This document shows positions 60,644 to 64,000 of a stretch of DNA of 64,000 nt, piece by piece. Position numbers and translations under genes: made by a program. Origin of the DNA: an uncultured Verrucomicrobiae bacterium (GTDB lineage Bacteria; Verrucomicrobiota; Verrucomicrobiia; Chthoniobacterales; JAFAMB01); contig CAWEXO010000013.1 of the NCBI GenBank assembly GCA_963813025.1, positions 576,001-640,000 of the forward strand, given 5' to 3'. The stretch's first letter is position 1, and each line of letters begins with the position of its first letter. The notes beneath the pieces were generated by a model. That model saw only the letters and a program-made list of their open reading frames with translations, searched no databases and had not been told where the DNA came from.

Positions 60644-60703
60644 AAGGCCGCAATTTTGGGCAGGTATTGGGCAGTCGCAAGTGGTTTCTCGAGGGAAACG
60701 GGA

Positions 60704-60758
60704 CAGACTGTAAATCTGCTGGCTTACGCCTTCGCTGGTTCGAATCCAGCCCTGCCCA
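60704..60758 (+). repeat. attR: duplicated 3' 55 bp of tRNA-Tyr
   Basis: Identical to 42983-43037; similarity extends to 60696 with one mismatch. Confidence 0.97.
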
Positions 60759-60893
60759 CGGCTCTCCAGTAAAGGATCTACGTCAATGGGCATTTCTAAA
60801 ATACGCTCGTCTTAAAGATTTAGTTGCGAAATAGTTGCGCTAAAATATTGAAACTTCGAGGCGCGGGCGAGCTTCGGGATTCGAGCTGTCTTC

Positions 60894-61100
60894 CTACTCC
60901 GCGTCCCTCTGCTCTACCTCTTCCCCCTGTGGCTTAACACCCTTCAACGCGATTAGTTTTGCCCACTCGCGGCTGTCCATCGCGTCAATGATCCCCTGCT
61001 GCTCCTGCTCTTCCTCCGTAGGTTTCTGATGTAGCTTGGAACCGAGGCAGCTCAGTTGCGCTTTCTCTTCGTCGGTAGACAGGTCAGATGTCTTTTTCAT
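60894..61100 (-). CDS. Small hypothetical protein
   Basis: 68 aa ORF downstream of the Abi-like gene. Confidence 0.35.
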   Translation of the reverse strand: MKKTSDLSTDEEKAQLSCLGSKLHQKPTEEEQEQQGIIDAMDSREWAKLIALKGVKPQGEEVEQRDAE

Positions 61101-61169
61101 TGGAGCGTGGCGGGCGTCGCTCCGATTAAACTTTTCATGCGCCGGCGCACTGAATCCGCCCTCACCAGA

Positions 61170-62114
61170 TCAGAATGGTATGTCGTCCGGCTCATCGGCC
61201 AGACTTGTCGGGTCTTTAGGCTTTTGATCCGCTTCATCCGAGGGTTTTTTCCGTAAGTAAAGATCGACTACGAACTGGTTAAGCGCCCCAGCAAGATGCA
61301 CCGCAAGAAGTGCGTACGGCCTCGGAACCTGGATTACGCGATCACCTTGGCCGTGGCCTCCTAGTTTATTACGAAGCGTCGGCAGAGAGCCGAGCACCTG
61401 TTTGCAGATGGCTTTAGCGTCGTCTTCGGGGATGTCGTCCATAAAGCCCGCCTTCCGAAACGCATCTTGAAGGGCAGTAAAGTCTCCGTTTTGCCCGGTT
61501 GCAGTCTTCAGCGTGCTCTCGAAGCTCTTTGACGCTTTCACAATGGCGTCTTTTGGCTCGTCTCCTGAGAGATCTTCCAGCGCCGATCTGAACTCGTCAT
61601 GCGCGCCCTGAAATTCGTGCTGGCGAAGTAGACCCTCTGCCCTCTGGTTGAGCTCATGATCCAGAAAGTCGGAGTCGACTTGGAAGAATTGGCCATCTGA
61701 AAACCTCCATGGGCAATGAAACGCCAACATGGCTTCGTTGATTTCCTTTTGCAGCTCAGAACCCCTGATCGTACTCTGGTTAACGACCTCTTCAAAGAAC
61801 TGCTCAATCACATCCAATGCGCAGGAAGGATAACCAAACTTGAAATAGGACTCTAAGTCGGCGTCCTCGAATCCGGTAGAAGTCTTAATTTGGAGCTTGT
61901 CTGTTGCGCCCAGCAACTTCCGAAGCTTCCGCTCCGTTTGGTCTAAATGGCTCGTCCGCACGTTCCAGTTGTCATTGCAATCTGGTTGGTACTCGTAGGC
62001 TTCGTTATATTCGGCCAGAGTCGACCAAAGACGGTTTCGAAGGGGCACCTTCATCGAAACCTGAACGCGCTTTTCTTGTAGCGCTTGCCGGTGCCTTAAC
62101 GAGAACGGGTTCAT
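61170..62114 (-). CDS. AbiJ-N-terminal-like / abortive-infection C-terminal (HEPN-like) protein
   Basis: FSLRH..LRNRLW, DVIE..INE....CPWRF, DAIVKASKSFESTLK, LRNKLGGHGQG. Confidence 0.7.
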   Translation of the reverse strand: MNPFSLRHRQALQEKRVQVSMKVPLRNRLWSTLAEYNEAYEYQPDCNDNWNVRTSHLDQTERKLRKLLGATDKLQIKTSTGFEDADLESYFKFGYPSCALDVIEQFFEEVVNQSTIRGSELQKEINEAMLAFHCPWRFSDGQFFQVDSDFLDHELNQRAEGLLRQHEFQGAHDEFRSALEDLSGDEPKDAIVKASKSFESTLKTATGQNGDFTALQDAFRKAGFMDDIPEDDAKAICKQVLGSLPTLRNKLGGHGQGDRVIQVPRPYALLAVHLAGALNQFVVDLYLRKKPSDEADQKPKDPTSLADEPDDIPF

Positions 62115-62621
62115 TCTGAAAGAATAATGCTTCAATAGGTCGTTGCCTAGACCCCACGACTGACATCCCTTCGGAATGTAGCCAGCATTCCCGCGCAGAA
62201 AGTCAGATACAAAACCGTGTCGTAAGAACCTGGAACATGCGCGAACGGTTTCTCGATCAAACGCGTCCTATGCCAAGGAGACGCCGTCGGGCGTTGTTGT
62301 ACTGGCCAAGCGGATCCCCATCCTGCCCTTCATAATGTATTCGTGTTTTCTCACGCATATTACTCGCCTAGCTACTTCGCCGCAGGTTCGGCAACCTCCC
62401 CTCCGCAGCTAGTCGCGCTTCGTGAGCCTTCCGTTCAGCTATGCCTTCACCATAGGCATTTTCACTGAATCGCGTCTCTGCCGTTTCTTTCCCAAAACCA
62501 GTCAATACGCTTATTTCCTGAGAACCAATTGCTACAATTTCATTGCTTATGCTTTCGGCAAGGCGATTTATGCTGAAAAGTGCGCTGTTTTTGCCGAATT
62601 CATTTTGAGAGATGTACCTGA

Positions 62622-63568
62622 ATGACTTGTGGGGGGCCGATTACCAGCCCGAATCGATCACGCAAGGTTACGCAGGCACAGACTCCAACTGGTCTTGTGC
62701 GCTTCGCTCCTTTTTTGTGCGGGATACCAGTCTTCTCTCAACCACCGTCCGAGAGCGCGGCGGATCTCGCAAAATATGCGATGAAACTGCGCGAAAGCTC
62801 TTTGGTCAGGATCGAGCCGAAGATTGCGAGAACGCTGGTCAACAACAGGCTCCAGATTTCGGATCTGAGTAACGAACCCGTCTCAGCTATTAGCGTAAGA
62901 AATAGTCGCGGAATCGGATCGAGCGATTACACCTGGAAACTCAGAATTGCGACCACTGTATTTTGGATAGGCGAACAAGCGTCCACCAGCAACCCCGTGT
63001 CGAATGAGAAGAGCGCGTGGGATAGCAGTTGGATTTCTAGTTACGGCGGCACGGATACTCCGGTTTCGGAAGAACGATTGAAATTTGCGCCGGCAAGTTT
63101 TATCCCGCGGCAAAATCCGTTCTACGTCGCGCTTCCATACAACGACGTCGATGATCACCATACCAAACCCGAAGCCGTGCAGGTAATACCATGGTACCAA
63201 AATTCCTTTGTGCGAGATGGGCAATCCGTTTGCAAGGGCCGCTGGGTAGCGATCAGGCTGGTAACAAAGTATGTTACGCGCAGTGGGAGGATGTCGGCCC
63301 GTTTCAGACGGATCACTGGCAATATGTGTTCGGGGATGAACGTCCCAGACCAAACGGAAACCGAGACGCCGGGCTGGACGTGTCTCCGGCGGTCCGCGAC
63401 TATCTGGGCCTCGACAACATCGATTTCTGTGACTGGAAATTCGTCGACTTCAATCATGTGCTATCCGGTCCCTGGGCGATTTACGGGGATAACAACATTT
63501 TCAGCCGGCTTCACCGCAGCAAATCGACGGCGAGTACCGTGAACCATCTGGTCGGTCCACCGTTCTGA
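62622..63568 (+). CDS. Hypothetical secreted-type protein, frameshift near 63255
   Basis: IATTVFWIGE..SAWD..FIPRQNPFYVALPYND..CKGRWVAIR then, in another frame, GNKVCYAQWEDVGPF..DH..YVFG..AGLDVSPAVRDYLGL; start uncertain. Confidence 0.7.
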
Positions 63569-64000
63569 GGAGGGGCAAAGAACCGCTCGGGCCGAATCGC
63601 CCTTTACCGGATCAGTTATTGGGACTCCGAATGGCTTAAGCATGCTGTTTAGTTAGTGGGGCGGCAAAGCAACGCAGATTGGTCTGGTCAAAGGCGCATA
63701 AGTGAGCGGCAGTCGATCGCGACTTCGACTGCAATCAAAATGAATGGTGATCCGACCACACAAGGTTAGGCTCAGCCCGAGAAAAGCGCCTATGAGTCAA
63801 CGTAAGAGCGGCACGCCCAAAACGCTTCGAGTACTTCATAGACAAAGTAGATTGGTCCCACGGCCACGGCTACCGGATCCCAATACCCACGTCGACGCTA
63901 CCGGAGCCAAGCACATCTACCATCAGACTTTTTCGACCCGGAAACTTGGGCTGGACATGATGCAGCTAAGCGTCTAGCCATGGCCGAACGCGACCGGCTC

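Larger units (their letters stand above)
42983..60758. mobile_element. Integrated phage-satellite-like element / capsid-less prophage in tRNA-Tyr
   Basis: Exact 55-bp direct repeats 42983-43037 and 60704-60758; integrase, XRE, PolA, TerS, TerL inside. Confidence 0.93.

Noticed and set aside
60696..60758. Second tRNA-Tyr gene
   Set aside because: It lacks the 5' acceptor strand and D-arm; this is attR.
63744..63977. 77-aa ORF at the window end
   Set aside because: No recognisable motif or supporting context.

Overview
This GC-rich bacterial chromosomal segment has gene content and repeat style suggesting a soil Verrucomicrobia-like organism (inference only). The backbone carries a partial GHL10/YddW-like glycosidase, parA, a SWIM-SNF2 helicase, pgm, sugar transport/kinase genes, glgC, a CCA-adding enzyme, a cystathionine lyase, lspA-ileS, a site-2 protease and an otnK-otnC-otnI cluster. 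Two tRNA-integrated elements are present. (1) A decayed ~10.3 kb island (16197-26476) duplicates the 5' half of tRNA-Arg(TCT). (2) An apparently intact ~17.7 kb element (42983-60758) sits in tRNA-Tyr between exact 55-bp att repeats. It encodes an integrase, XRE/Xis switch, family-A DNA polymerase, a lambda-like cos site, both terminase subunits, an ADP-ribosyltransferase-like gene and several ribbon-helix-helix genes, but no recognisable portal, capsid or tail gene, so it is a candidate new type of phage satellite. Five backbone intergenic regions are bracketed by mutually inverted short tandem-repeat arrays with different units. One bracket encloses a four-helix-bundle (23S rRNA IVP/Avd-like) gene, and the same 10-mer bracket recurs without that gene 5 kb away. 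IS3, ISNCY/IS5-like, IS256 and IS630 elements and an attenuator-like leader also occur. All protein calls are from motif recognition by eye; no database search was run.
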